A stretch of 64,000 nt of DNA from a virus. Its lineage: Duplodnaviria > Caudoviricetes. The notes under the pieces are model-generated. The model ran no database searches. It worked only from the letters and a program-made list of their open reading frames with translations, and was not told where the DNA came from. Where the stretch lies: the IMG/VR virus record IMGVR_UViG_3300033069_001378, positions 128,001 through 192,000 of that record. One strand, 5' to 3'. The translations under genes and the position numbers were made by a program. Every line of letters begins with the position of its first letter. Position 1 is the first letter of the stretch. Positions 29,157 to 39,505 of this stretch are shown here, in pieces.

Positions 29157-30698
29157 TCAGACGTCTCTATCTTCAAATGGAATGGAAGAACGATATTCAA
29201 AGTCGTAAATACCTGATTCTCTGCTATTTGATAAGTAGGTGATTAGCTGTAAGTTTGGATCAAACTGTTTGTATTGGGATGCAGTTAGATAAGCTTGTGA
29301 TCCGGGGGCAAATGTGATTGTTACTGGAGCTTGTCCAATTATGTTTTTCAAAACACCCTTACCAGAACGCTCAGTTACTTTGTTGATTAAGACAGGTCTT
29401 GATGGATCGGGACTGAGATCAGACATTCCATTGTAATAGAACTTTGAATACTGCCTTTGTTCAAGTCTGTCCCTGAACTGTCCGTAATGGTCACGTCTCC
29501 AATAAGCCTTGGTGCTTGCTGCGTTTGCCTTGTAAATACCGTACTTGTATCCACGAATGCTTGGTGCCATTGTTACGAAATAGGAATTAACCAAGAAATT
29601 TGGGAAGTTTCTTGTTCTGATACCTGTTGTTGGAACGAGGATGGTGTTCATGGTTCCATAGTCACCAAGGCAGAAGAAAATGTTCTGAATATCGGTTATT
29701 TTCGATACTGTCTTACGGTTAAGGGCAGTCTGAATGACGCTTAGATTGGTCGATAATCCAGAGTAAAGATACTCTCCCTCGGAGCCAGAAATAACCATAT
29801 CTGATAAGAACTGAAGGTTCTGTGAGTTGTCTGGAGTGAATGATGTACCTGTCGCTGGCTCAAGTGCGGTACCGGACGTGAATATTGCAACAGTTCCAAC
29901 TATGTTTGATGATAGTGGATCAAGTGTGGCACTTCCTGCTACGTTTACATTGGTTGTGATTGGGTACTGAAGTTCTCTGGAAACCTTAAGGCTTCTTCCA
30001 AGTGCCTTGTACTTGATCGAGTATGGATAGTTAAGTCTCCATTGAGTGTCGTCCACTCCTGAGTATGGATAGCCAGCAGCAGCATTGTAGTGAGTTCCTA
30101 GATTGGTTAGAACGATAGCAAGGCTGTTTGAAATGTACGGATATGAAAAGTCCTCTATATATTCTCCCGATGCCAGATTCTTTCTGGAGCCTGAGTAATG
30201 GTCACAGAATTGGACTTCGCTCCATGTACCGTATGGATAAGCTGGATCATCTCCAACTGTGTTGGATGCATAGTTTCCACCATTAATCTTATACATTTGG
30301 AAAAGGTTTGGTGTGAATGAGTCGTAAAAGAACTCTGATTCATCGTTGAACTGAGCAGCGTAGTTTGCTGTTCTGCTTGGGAGGTATCTTCCATAAACAA
30401 GTTGAATATAGTCAGATAACCACATGGTCTTGTTTTGAAGTGCGATTGACTTTCTTATTTCATCTGAATTTGCCTGTGTAGAGAAGGCAATTTCAGAGCG
30501 TCTAAAGTCAACTGATGATGTATATCCAGCGGGATAACATTGAAGCATTCCATAAGTCTTGCCACCAGAAGATCCCTCAATATATGTGTGAGGCACAGAT
30601 GCAATGTTGCCATACATATAGTGATCGGAGTACGATCCAGAGTATGCTGACAAGTTTTCGATCATGAATTGATCTGGTAGTATTTTTGTTGTTGCCAT
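29157..30698 (-). CDS. putative virion protein
   Basis: 513 aa, Y/S/T-rich; C-terminal RRDHYGQFRDRLEQR motif; in structural block. Confidence 0.55.
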   Translation of the reverse strand: MATTKILPDQFMIENLSAYSGSYSDHYMYGNIASVPHTYIEGSSGGKTYGMLQCYPAGYTSSVDFRRSEIAFSTQANSDEIRKSIALQNKTMWLSDYIQLVYGRYLPSRTANYAAQFNDESEFFYDSFTPNLFQMYKINGGNYASNTVGDDPAYPYGTWSEVQFCDHYSGSRKNLASGEYIEDFSYPYISNSLAIVLTNLGTHYNAAAGYPYSGVDDTQWRLNYPYSIKYKALGRSLKVSRELQYPITTNVNVAGSATLDPLSSNIVGTVAIFTSGTALEPATGTSFTPDNSQNLQFLSDMVISGSEGEYLYSGLSTNLSVIQTALNRKTVSKITDIQNIFFCLGDYGTMNTILVPTTGIRTRNFPNFLVNSYFVTMAPSIRGYKYGIYKANAASTKAYWRRDHYGQFRDRLEQRQYSKFYYNGMSDLSPDPSRPVLINKVTERSGKGVLKNIIGQAPVTITFAPGSQAYLTASQYKQFDPNLQLITYLSNSRESGIYDFEYRSSIPFEDRDV

Positions 30699-33529
30699 TA
30701 TCCAATTGTCTCGTGTATTGCGTTACTTGTAAGTAGTTGGTTGAGAGTTTCTGAGTCTGACATTGGCTTGTTGTTTCCAAGTGCTGAGCCGTATAGGGAA
30801 ATCTTTACAGTTCCTTGATCGGCAATGGTCAACCTGTTGCATTCGAAATATCCAGTGCCACCGAACGTAGCATCATATTTCCATTCATGACTGGTTGGAT
30901 CATAGGTTCCAGAAACAGACATTGAAGCAAATGTGTTAAAGCCCATTGTGTTTATTAGCGGAAGTTGCCATCCGATGATAAGCTCATCCTCTGGATATAA
31001 TAGATATGGATTTATCTTGCCAAGAGTATATGGAGCGTTCACGTCTGCTGCAATTTGATGAGCGTTGTAGAATGTTGAAATGCTTGTTGCCGAGTTTGTG
31101 TAGATATCTGGATCAATCTGTCCAGGTGCAAGTGCATCAAATCCAAACCATACAGGAACCTGCTTCGTTCTTTCACTCTCAGAATATTTCAAATACTCAT
31201 TTGCCCTTTCTTCAAAGGCATTTGAATCACCCTGTTGAATATCGGAAGTCGCGTTAACGCCTCTCATATACCCTTGCATGAACTCAGCAAGAACGTTTGC
31301 TTCGTTAACAGCACCAAACGAGTTTAAGAAATCTCTTGTTGACAAGTGGTTAAAGCCTACGCCGTTTCTACCACCCTTCCAGAAATCATATCCGTCAATC
31401 ATTCCACCCTTTAGAGAGTTGATAACTGACTCTTGTGTGTTGTTTGACAAAAGACCGTTGATAGTTGATACGTCGATTCCCTTGGACAAATCGAACACCT
31501 GACCACCTGAGCCAGAAATTGCTGTTTGAAGAATATCTTTCATAGCAGTCTCAAGATATCCATAACTGAATGGCGATTTGCATGTGATTGGAATTGTGAG
31601 ATTCTGATTTGTAAATGAAAAAGCTTGCGTTCCACTCTGAGCTATCGACATTCCAGTATCAACATAGCACTCAGCATTTAGAGCTCTTTTTAGATCAATA
31701 CTCTGTGTCACAACAACGTCATTTGCAGAATACATGGCGGCAATTCTGTTTCTAACGATTTCGACTATATCTTCGCTTGACATACCTCTTGCTGAGTAAG
31801 CTGATCCAAGCAAAGAAGCATACCAGACCAAATACAAGTCACTTGCCGGATATAACACAAACGTTGTTTGGAATGTGTCATGAAGATGCCAAATGTTTGT
31901 GTACTTGTTTCCAAAGAACTCGTCGAAATAGTATGTTACACCAGAACCAGTCATAGATAAAAGGCTATGAAGAATTGGTCTAACCATGTGTCTTGTATAT
32001 GTGCCTGTAACTTCATTTGGACAACTGACAATGGTACCAAATCCAATCAAGTCTCTTGTTGTGTTAACGTATGTTTGTTCTATTGGCTCGCCACCGCCAT
32101 AATACCACGATTCCCATTGGTCTGCATCGGAGAAGTACGTTGGAATAGAAACTTCTTTGCTCCACTGTCCCACAAGTGAAGAGGTTCCCATTTGTTGCTC
32201 TTGAGTTGTTATTGGGTTTTCTCTTTGAATATTGTAGCCAAATCTCGAGGTTTTTCTCTGAAGATTGAATGCGTATGTGTTTGGATCTGTGTATCTGAAG
32301 CTTTGATTCTTCTTTTGATTCATGATGAACACAGTGTTCATTGCAACAGGAAAAATCAAACCCTCTTTTTGGTAGAAGTAGTTTGGCGTTGGTGAGCCTT
32401 CAAAATCTCCAGGAATAATCAAATTTGGCATAGAAAAATCAACGCCAGATATTTGAATGACAATCTTCTCAACAAGAAACGGTTTGTTTATGAAGTCTTT
32501 GAGTTTGATTGTTTGATCTGTGTTTGCCTGATATTGAGGACCATAAGGAAAAGCATAATTGCTCATTGGTTGAGCCATTTCTTGCATGTACTCAACATTG
32601 TTGTATAGTAGACTGTTGGAGCAATAGGAAAGAAGAAGCTCATAACTTCTTGTTGTTGCCATCAACGATTGTGTGAAGTATGAGTTGATGAAAACGGAAC
32701 CTGATGTTCCACCCTTAGACGTTGCCAACCCAAGTGGTGAGTAATTTACTGCAAATCCAGGACTAAACCCATATGTGCCACTGGCATACATGATTGAAGG
32801 AGCAGCACCATACGCATCAATGATTGGCATAATCTGTCCACCAATCGGATCCCATTGATTACTGCCAAGATATACCATTGGTCTGTTTGCACCATGAACA
32901 AGAACAGGGTAGTCTACATTCGTGTAATCATACACCTTATCGTAGCTGAATGATGACGAAGCTATGTTTTGCTTTACATCATCCTGATAGAATTGTTGTC
33001 TTATGGTATTTCCTGGGATAAATCCTCTGTTGATCTCGATAATATTCTTGGACCAGAGAGGTTGATCAAATCCACCTTCTCCAACCTTTGACTCAAGAGT
33101 GCCTGTGGCATAGAACGGATCATTTGTTGACTTACCGTCAGCAGCATGGCGATCAAAATCTCTAAATGGTTGTAGATTTTGCTGTGGCATTGTACCCATT
33201 GTCTTTTCAAGATAAGGGGTTATGTATTGGTCAGTTATGCTTGAGTTAACGCTTCCTGTTTCAATAAGGCTTGTGGTGTTCTCTGTGGTTATGTACTGAG
33301 TGTCAGAAACACGAAGACCCGTTCCAAGATATACGTCTACAGATGCAGTTGAGAAGATGAGTGGGGTTGTATCATCGAAAAAGGTATTGTAACCACCCTT
33401 TCTGTTATCAGCGGCAAGTCTTTGAATAGTCGGGAAGCTTCCGGTCGCAGCATCTCTTGCTGTCAACTGAAGTCTTGCTGGAATTCCCTTTATTCTAGAT
33501 AGTTTTTCGTTACGTGCCATTTGATTCAA
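30698..33529 (-). CDS. putative virion protein
   Basis: 943 aa, S/T/G/Y-rich; translationally coupled to neighbours. Confidence 0.55.
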   Translation of the reverse strand: MNQMARNEKLSRIKGIPARLQLTARDAATGSFPTIQRLAADNRKGGYNTFFDDTTPLIFSTASVDVYLGTGLRVSDTQYITTENTTSLIETGSVNSSITDQYITPYLEKTMGTMPQQNLQPFRDFDRHAADGKSTNDPFYATGTLESKVGEGGFDQPLWSKNIIEINRGFIPGNTIRQQFYQDDVKQNIASSSFSYDKVYDYTNVDYPVLVHGANRPMVYLGSNQWDPIGGQIMPIIDAYGAAPSIMYASGTYGFSPGFAVNYSPLGLATSKGGTSGSVFINSYFTQSLMATTRSYELLLSYCSNSLLYNNVEYMQEMAQPMSNYAFPYGPQYQANTDQTIKLKDFINKPFLVEKIVIQISGVDFSMPNLIIPGDFEGSPTPNYFYQKEGLIFPVAMNTVFIMNQKKNQSFRYTDPNTYAFNLQRKTSRFGYNIQRENPITTQEQQMGTSSLVGQWSKEVSIPTYFSDADQWESWYYGGGEPIEQTYVNTTRDLIGFGTIVSCPNEVTGTYTRHMVRPILHSLLSMTGSGVTYYFDEFFGNKYTNIWHLHDTFQTTFVLYPASDLYLVWYASLLGSAYSARGMSSEDIVEIVRNRIAAMYSANDVVVTQSIDLKRALNAECYVDTGMSIAQSGTQAFSFTNQNLTIPITCKSPFSYGYLETAMKDILQTAISGSGGQVFDLSKGIDVSTINGLLSNNTQESVINSLKGGMIDGYDFWKGGRNGVGFNHLSTRDFLNSFGAVNEANVLAEFMQGYMRGVNATSDIQQGDSNAFEERANEYLKYSESERTKQVPVWFGFDALAPGQIDPDIYTNSATSISTFYNAHQIAADVNAPYTLGKINPYLLYPEDELIIGWQLPLINTMGFNTFASMSVSGTYDPTSHEWKYDATFGGTGYFECNRLTIADQGTVKISLYGSALGNNKPMSDSETLNQLLTSNAIHETIG

Positions 33530-34416
33530 GATCCTCTGTAGGTATTTGTGTATGCAAGACTATCGGTACCGTATCTTCTCATGTTTGGACCATATACCGT
33601 AGAACCTGCACTTGTTGAACGATAACCATACTCTTGTCTCAAATCTTCATCGAGATTCCAGTCCATAGAAGTGCTGTTCAAAAGGTTAATCAAATCGGTA
33701 TCTGTTGTACTGAGTAGGCTTGTTAAAGGCTGGTTTGGTCCATTGGACCTTGTGTCGTCAAACGGTCTTACCTTGTCTTTGTCAGAAGACATATAACCTG
33801 GGACCACTATCTTGTCACTTAGTTGTGCTCCGTCTCCAAAGTATGTTCCACCTTGGTCAAGAAAGAAGAAGTCACACTGTTCTTGTTGTTGATAGAAGTA
33901 TGGTTCTCTTTGATCTGCTTGGGCTCCGTAATCTATGAAGCCTCTTGGCATGTGAGCCATGTTCTTGACGTCTTCGTTTGTGTTCTTTCTGAAAGCAATC
34001 GTCAAAGGTTCAATAGATAGTTCTTCTTTCTGCTGTGGACCGTCATTGAAGATAAGTGGATATGGGTATGAGTCTCTTTCGTTGATGAATTGAATTGGGT
34101 CAAACTTCTTTAACTTATCGTCAAATGAAGTTCTTCCTGAGTATTCGACATAACTGTCAAACTGACCATATGTGTTAACTCTTGTAAAGCCACAGGTATT
34201 GCCCGACCAAATCTTTGGAGTGGTTCCAAGAGTTGTCATCTTGTTGGTTGTAATTTCTACACCCTGACGAAATCTGTCAATTTGGCTGGTGTTGATTCCA
34301 TTCGTTGTTACAGAACTGTTTTGTTGAACTCTTCCAATCCTTGATTGCTCATAGGCATCATTGAATGGAGTAAATCCATGTAGCTCTGTATCTGAATTGC
34401 TGCAAAAGTTCGACAT
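33526..34416 (-). CDS. putative virion protein
   Basis: 296-aa ORF in the same operon. Confidence 0.5.
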   Translation of the reverse strand: MSNFCSNSDTELHGFTPFNDAYEQSRIGRVQQNSSVTTNGINTSQIDRFRQGVEITTNKMTTLGTTPKIWSGNTCGFTRVNTYGQFDSYVEYSGRTSFDDKLKKFDPIQFINERDSYPYPLIFNDGPQQKEELSIEPLTIAFRKNTNEDVKNMAHMPRGFIDYGAQADQREPYFYQQQEQCDFFFLDQGGTYFGDGAQLSDKIVVPGYMSSDKDKVRPFDDTRSNGPNQPLTSLLSTTDTDLINLLNSTSMDWNLDEDLRQEYGYRSTSAGSTVYGPNMRRYGTDSLAYTNTYRGS

Positions 34417-34424
34417 AACAGTCC

Positions 34425-37400
34425 TCAGTAGCGGTTAACAATGCCTGTGATTAGTTGTAATAGAATTGTTGCCTTCAAGCCATTTCTATTTGTGTCTCCA
34501 AGGTAAATATCATCAGAATGGTATTGTACTTTTGGTCTAGACAATACGTTGTTTTCAACAATGAAGTTGGTTCCAGCGAATTTTGTCTTGTAAGGTAGCA
34601 ACTGGGAAACGAATGTTCCAATGTTTGTGTCAAACCACTTATAGAACTCAAAGAAGCCTTTGAGGTTAACCTTGTCAGTTAGTTTGTTGAAGTAGTTTTT
34701 CTTTATGACTTCAAGGTCCATGTATTGTGGAGCATAGAGAAGTTCTGGTGAACCAAGAGCGTTGTCAAACTCTTCCAACGAAGATAGAATGGTTATGATA
34801 TCCTGATTCAAGAAGTCCATGATTGAGAAGTCGATGGTGAACTTTGTGCTGTCAAATGGCTTCTCTGAGGGAGGGAGTTCATACATAGGAGCCGCTCCAG
34901 CCCAAGGCTCTGCATTCAAAAGATTGTCATACTCTTGGTATGAGCGAACTCTTACCTTTTCAACGGTGCTACCTTCGTCGAATCTTGGAGATAGGTACGA
35001 ATAATAAACTTGATGTGGAGAGAATACAATAGAGCTTGTTGCTGGAAACAAACTTCCTGTGAAGCTTATGTTGTTCTGTGAGAAGTCTGTTAGGAACAAA
35101 CCTCCATCAGCAGTAGTTGTCTCATTAACTTGGTCAACTTGAATTTCCATTCTAAGTCTATTCCATGAGCCTGTAGTAACGGTGTCAAAGTTCCAGTTTG
35201 TCTTTGGATCATTGACGCCAACAGAATGATAGTTTCTTACATGCTCTTGCCATTCGGTATTGTTTAGATTCTTTGACCAAAAACGAATTTGACTTAACTT
35301 TCCATCAAAGTCTGTGACTCTCAAGGAGTCAGGAACAACAACGGAATCGTTTAGGAAGACGCTTAGAGCACTTGTTTGAATTGATTGAGAACCGACGGTA
35401 AGATATGGGGCACTAGAAGTGACTGGAGCGAAATTCGCAACGTCAAATTGGTCTAGATTATAGAACTGCTCTATTTCATACCATGAAGAGGTGGAATATG
35501 ATTCATAGATTTCTCCATTGACATTCTTCGCTGCACGAAGGAAGAAAGAAGATGACGCAACAGAATTCAACTGGGCATATTCATCGTCATGCCTTACCTT
35601 GCCAACAGAGATGTACCAAGGATCTCCATTGGTCATATCAATCGACGGGATTGACATTCTTAGTGGTTGTGAATTTCCGGTAAAATCTGATCTATAGGCA
35701 AACTCAAGCTTTCTATCTTCATAGTTGTAAATCAAGTTTCCAAAAAACAACTGATCAACACCACCGCCAAGGCTTGTTGATGCAAACATTCTCATGAGAC
35801 TTTGTGATAAGACTTGAGAATATGGATTAAGCCTGTAAAGACCTTCATATGTCCATGAGCCAGAAGTCATCAATGAGTCGTTGGACGTGCCATCAGAGTA
35901 TGGCCAGCCTGGCTCAACCTTTGAGCAGCTTAGAGGCTTGCTCTCAATGAACCCACCGGAGATAAAGTCAACCATTGTCAAAACGTCAGAACGCTTGTCT
36001 CTTACCCATGTAAGGTTTCTGCTTGTTGGTCCACCATATTCTCTTATTCTGAAGTTGTTGTCTGGATCGATACCAACGGAGCGAAGATATGCCTTCACAG
36101 AATGGATGGTACCCTTGGAACGAAGAACGTCTTGCATGTTGATCAAAATTCTTCTCCAGATTTGGCTTTGAACGTTCTTCAAAGTCTCTGATGAAGTGCT
36201 GATGTTGCCTTCAATGTTTTCACCATCAAAATACTGTTCAAGAGAAGCATCTTGGAACAAGTAAGGAAGCTCAATGCCGGATTGTCTTGCGATATTCTGC
36301 AAGAATTCGTTTGGCGTGTTGTTCTTTGGATCGTAATCGACCCAATTCAAGTTTGAGAACTCTTGAATGTAGAGTTTTAGTTCATCGAAGTATTTTGCCC
36401 ATGTATACATGAGTAGAAGCATGGCTTGGGTTGCTCCAAGCTTTGCACTTCTTGGATCTGTGCCTGATTGAAGCATATCCACAATGCTCCCACCCTCTGT
36501 ATTCAGAATGTCGTCTTCAACGTTCTGAATGAGGTAATGTTTTGGAATTAATCTGGTGATTAGATTTGGATTTTGTTCGTCGAACTCAGCAGACTGGCTT
36601 ACAAGCGTTGTTCTTAGAGTTGTGGTATCATCATAGTCAGGAAATAGAACAGGATTGAGGAAAGACCTCTCGTAAGTCATTGGAGAAGTTCCGGCTATGG
36701 AAGCTGTTGAAATGTTTCTAACACCAAGGAGATATCCTGTAGATGATAGTCTTCCGTGAACAGAGTTGCTTGAGTAATCAACAACAACGTCTGAGTTGAT
36801 GTTTGCTGGTTCGTTGAAACGGTAGTAAAGCTTTAGATGGCTATCGGCAAATACATTCTTTGCTGCATATTGCTGGAGATCAGACGCACTTCTTGGCTCA
36901 TTCCAGATTCTAAGTTCGTCAATGGCTCCAGAGAAGGTTGTGTTTGGAGTGAAGAGAGTTCCAAGGTTTGAACCAGAGCCAATAAGCAAATCGGTTGTGT
37001 CACAAGAGAGATATCCAAATTCCTTTGTTGAAAGGGTTTGGTTTACAAGCTGTTCGTTGAGATATCCGTAAATCTTGCCAACGCCAGGAGTTCTATCCCA
37101 TACGAAAGCAACGTGATTCCATTGACCTTTCAAAATAGGCATTGTAAGGCTATCCACAAGGGTTCCAGACACTAGATAGAAGCCAAGATTGGCTCCAGAG
37201 CTTCCACCGTCAGATTCCAAACTAACGTAGTAACCAACATCGTTCAAATGCTTATCTATAACCGCTGTAGAGTCGTTTGCTTGAGCAGGGACATAGACTT
37301 GCATCTCAATGGTTAGAGAGTCGTCACCGGGATTTAGAATCGATTGACCGCTCTTATTGGAAGACATTCCAGGATACGCAGAACCAGCAATGTCCTTAAC

Positions 37401-37832
37401 GGAAACATAGGTTCCACCATAACCCTCAGAAGCCTGAGTTCCTGAGAAGAAGAGATAGCCTTTGTTCTTTGGGAAATTATCATAAACATACTTTTCAAAA
37501 CCTGTAAGTTGGTCAAGGAATATGTTTGTGTCCTTTTGAGATCCGTTAAATGGGAAATCATTAAGGATTCTATCAAAGGCTACGTTTGTTTTTACCTGGG
37601 CAGAGTTGAAGAATGTGTGTTGAGAGAAGTCAGACCAGTCAATGTTCAACTGTTGAGTTGACAACAACCCAGATCCCTCTGGGTTTGTTCTGAAAGAGCT
37701 TGTGCTGTCAAAGTCATAGCTCTTCAATGCATCTGCATCGACCTTTTTGACATAGTTTGGCGCAAACAAACGCAATGAGTTTGCTTGGGACGTGCTATAA
37801 CCATTTTTTCCGAATATTGTCATGCTACTCAA
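34425..37832 (-). CDS. baseplate-associated virion protein with LamG domains
   Basis: LTIEMQVY, GQWNHVAFVW, FSGAIDELRIWN, LKLYYRFNE; second FDGKLSQIRFW; central SKGT...LRSVGI wedge-like motif. Confidence 0.75.
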   Translation of the reverse strand: MSSMTIFGKNGYSTSQANSLRLFAPNYVKKVDADALKSYDFDSTSSFRTNPEGSGLLSTQQLNIDWSDFSQHTFFNSAQVKTNVAFDRILNDFPFNGSQKDTNIFLDQLTGFEKYVYDNFPKNKGYLFFSGTQASEGYGGTYVSVKDIAGSAYPGMSSNKSGQSILNPGDDSLTIEMQVYVPAQANDSTAVIDKHLNDVGYYVSLESDGGSSGANLGFYLVSGTLVDSLTMPILKGQWNHVAFVWDRTPGVGKIYGYLNEQLVNQTLSTKEFGYLSCDTTDLLIGSGSNLGTLFTPNTTFSGAIDELRIWNEPRSASDLQQYAAKNVFADSHLKLYYRFNEPANINSDVVVDYSSNSVHGRLSSTGYLLGVRNISTASIAGTSPMTYERSFLNPVLFPDYDDTTTLRTTLVSQSAEFDEQNPNLITRLIPKHYLIQNVEDDILNTEGGSIVDMLQSGTDPRSAKLGATQAMLLLMYTWAKYFDELKLYIQEFSNLNWVDYDPKNNTPNEFLQNIARQSGIELPYLFQDASLEQYFDGENIEGNISTSSETLKNVQSQIWRRILINMQDVLRSKGTIHSVKAYLRSVGIDPDNNFRIREYGGPTSRNLTWVRDKRSDVLTMVDFISGGFIESKPLSCSKVEPGWPYSDGTSNDSLMTSGSWTYEGLYRLNPYSQVLSQSLMRMFASTSLGGGVDQLFFGNLIYNYEDRKLEFAYRSDFTGNSQPLRMSIPSIDMTNGDPWYISVGKVRHDDEYAQLNSVASSSFFLRAAKNVNGEIYESYSTSSWYEIEQFYNLDQFDVANFAPVTSSAPYLTVGSQSIQTSALSVFLNDSVVVPDSLRVTDFDGKLSQIRFWSKNLNNTEWQEHVRNYHSVGVNDPKTNWNFDTVTTGSWNRLRMEIQVDQVNETTTADGGLFLTDFSQNNISFTGSLFPATSSIVFSPHQVYYSYLSPRFDEGSTVEKVRVRSYQEYDNLLNAEPWAGAAPMYELPPSEKPFDSTKFTIDFSIMDFLNQDIITILSSLEEFDNALGSPELLYAPQYMDLEVIKKNYFNKLTDKVNLKGFFEFYKWFDTNIGTFVSQLLPYKTKFAGTNFIVENNVLSRPKVQYHSDDIYLGDTNRNGLKATILLQLITGIVNRY

Positions 37833-39471
37833 CTACTTTGAATCTAAAACCAGGGTTCTCAATATAGGTATCTTTGCCAGTGGAATCTGAGCGTATTAGA
37901 AAGTCTATTTGATAAACAATGTTGACTTCTAAGTCCCCTGGCCAAATATCAAAGAACATTCCTTCGTGATCAAAAGATAGTCTTGTAGCGTCTTCGTGAT
38001 ATGGGATAACCTCGATGTTCTCGTAAGCTTTTCGAAGTCTCCAGTACATGTTTGGAATGATTACAGACTGTGATTGTGTATATGTCTTGTAAGCTTTCAT
38101 ATCTGCGTCATAATTCTGAACAAAGACTCTTAGCCTCACCTGATCGCCAGATTGATACTCTTGTCTTAGGTTCGTTATGTTGGCAACAATATTTCTGTCT
38201 GTAACGTTTGAGAAGGTTCCAAATCTGTATTCAAAAGTCTCGTAAAGAGCAGCATAAGTGATTGAACTATCGAGACTCTTCCATGAAACCTTGAACTCAT
38301 GACTTGATGCCCCAGACAAGAAAGCCTTGAGACTTGAAGTCATATCTGGGTCAATTACGAATGTTGACTTATAGATACCAGTCTGACTATTTTCACCAAT
38401 CACATGCTGCGATCCAATGAATGATGCTGTGAACACATCAAGTGATCTTGTTTTATGTGTGATTGAAGCACTGTGAGAGATACTCCAGCTTTGGGTGAAG
38501 TATTCAACGCTATGAGAAGCAGCAAGTTCCAAAGTCAAACAGTTTGCTCCAGAGACTACAGACGAACCAGAGGTAAAGTTAGCATAGTTTCCATAATCGT
38601 TCTTGTTGTAAATGTAGAATGTCTGTGGAGCAGAACTGAAATTGGACAAAGCTGTTTGATCTTCGATTCTTTCGCCAGAATATCTGATATGAAGCTTTGG
38701 CTTTAGGTCATCGTTGTAAGCGTGACGAGTTCCAAAACGCTTAACGAAGTACGTTGTGTCTGAGTTTTCTTCTTGAGCTGTGTATGAGACTCTAAATCCG
38801 TTGTTAGGCAAAATACCAGCTACGGAAGCAGAAACAAGTTGGGTAATGTCTACCCAAAGGTCTTCATCTCCTCTTCTGAAGAACTGAGAGGTTTTGAGGG
38901 ATTGATTTCCAGAGCCAATATTTCCAGAAACCCAAACGTCTACATCTGTACCATCCGTTAAAGAACCAGAAGCATTTGCTCCTTCAAGTGACCAAGTTAC
39001 ATAGGTAGAGTTGACGACAGAGGCAGTTAGGAAATTGCAAACGTCGAGTTGTCTGTATGAAATAACATCAGAGCCTCTTCCTTCATTCCAGTCTTTTGCC
39101 AATGGAATGATTTCAACTGTGTAGTTTGAAGGAACGGTCTGACCACCGTAAATATCTTTCATCGACATGTAAGCTTTGAAAGAAGAATCATTCATGTCGA
39201 GGACGCTTGAAGTTAAAGAAGTAAGTTGCGAATAATCAAATTTGATGAGCAATCTAGAGACTTCTCTTACAGGATCATAGGTTCCTGTATTGTAAATCAT
39301 AACTCCACTTACAATTGAGCCAGTATTTGAAGTTGGAACGTAAGTTTCAGCATATAGACTGTAAAGATCAAGGGTTCCCGCTTGTCCTGTATTTGCGTCA
39401 GTGCAACGGACTCCTTTGATGTACTTGTTTTGAATGTAAGCGTCTTGAGACGCAGATAGTAGACGATACAT
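37825..39471 (-). CDS. virion protein with DNRLRE-like N-terminal domain
   Basis: ASQDAYI...NTG...L...SRLLIKFD, W.EG.G, VDITQLV, KPKL.I pattern. Confidence 0.6.
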   Translation of the reverse strand: MYRLLSASQDAYIQNKYIKGVRCTDANTGQAGTLDLYSLYAETYVPTSNTGSIVSGVMIYNTGTYDPVREVSRLLIKFDYSQLTSLTSSVLDMNDSSFKAYMSMKDIYGGQTVPSNYTVEIIPLAKDWNEGRGSDVISYRQLDVCNFLTASVVNSTYVTWSLEGANASGSLTDGTDVDVWVSGNIGSGNQSLKTSQFFRRGDEDLWVDITQLVSASVAGILPNNGFRVSYTAQEENSDTTYFVKRFGTRHAYNDDLKPKLHIRYSGERIEDQTALSNFSSAPQTFYIYNKNDYGNYANFTSGSSVVSGANCLTLELAASHSVEYFTQSWSISHSASITHKTRSLDVFTASFIGSQHVIGENSQTGIYKSTFVIDPDMTSSLKAFLSGASSHEFKVSWKSLDSSITYAALYETFEYRFGTFSNVTDRNIVANITNLRQEYQSGDQVRLRVFVQNYDADMKAYKTYTQSQSVIIPNMYWRLRKAYENIEVIPYHEDATRLSFDHEGMFFDIWPGDLEVNIVYQIDFLIRSDSTGKDTYIENPGFRFKVVE

Positions 39472-39505
39472 GCTTATTTGATCTTTCTTCTTTTTCTGTT
39501 ACTCT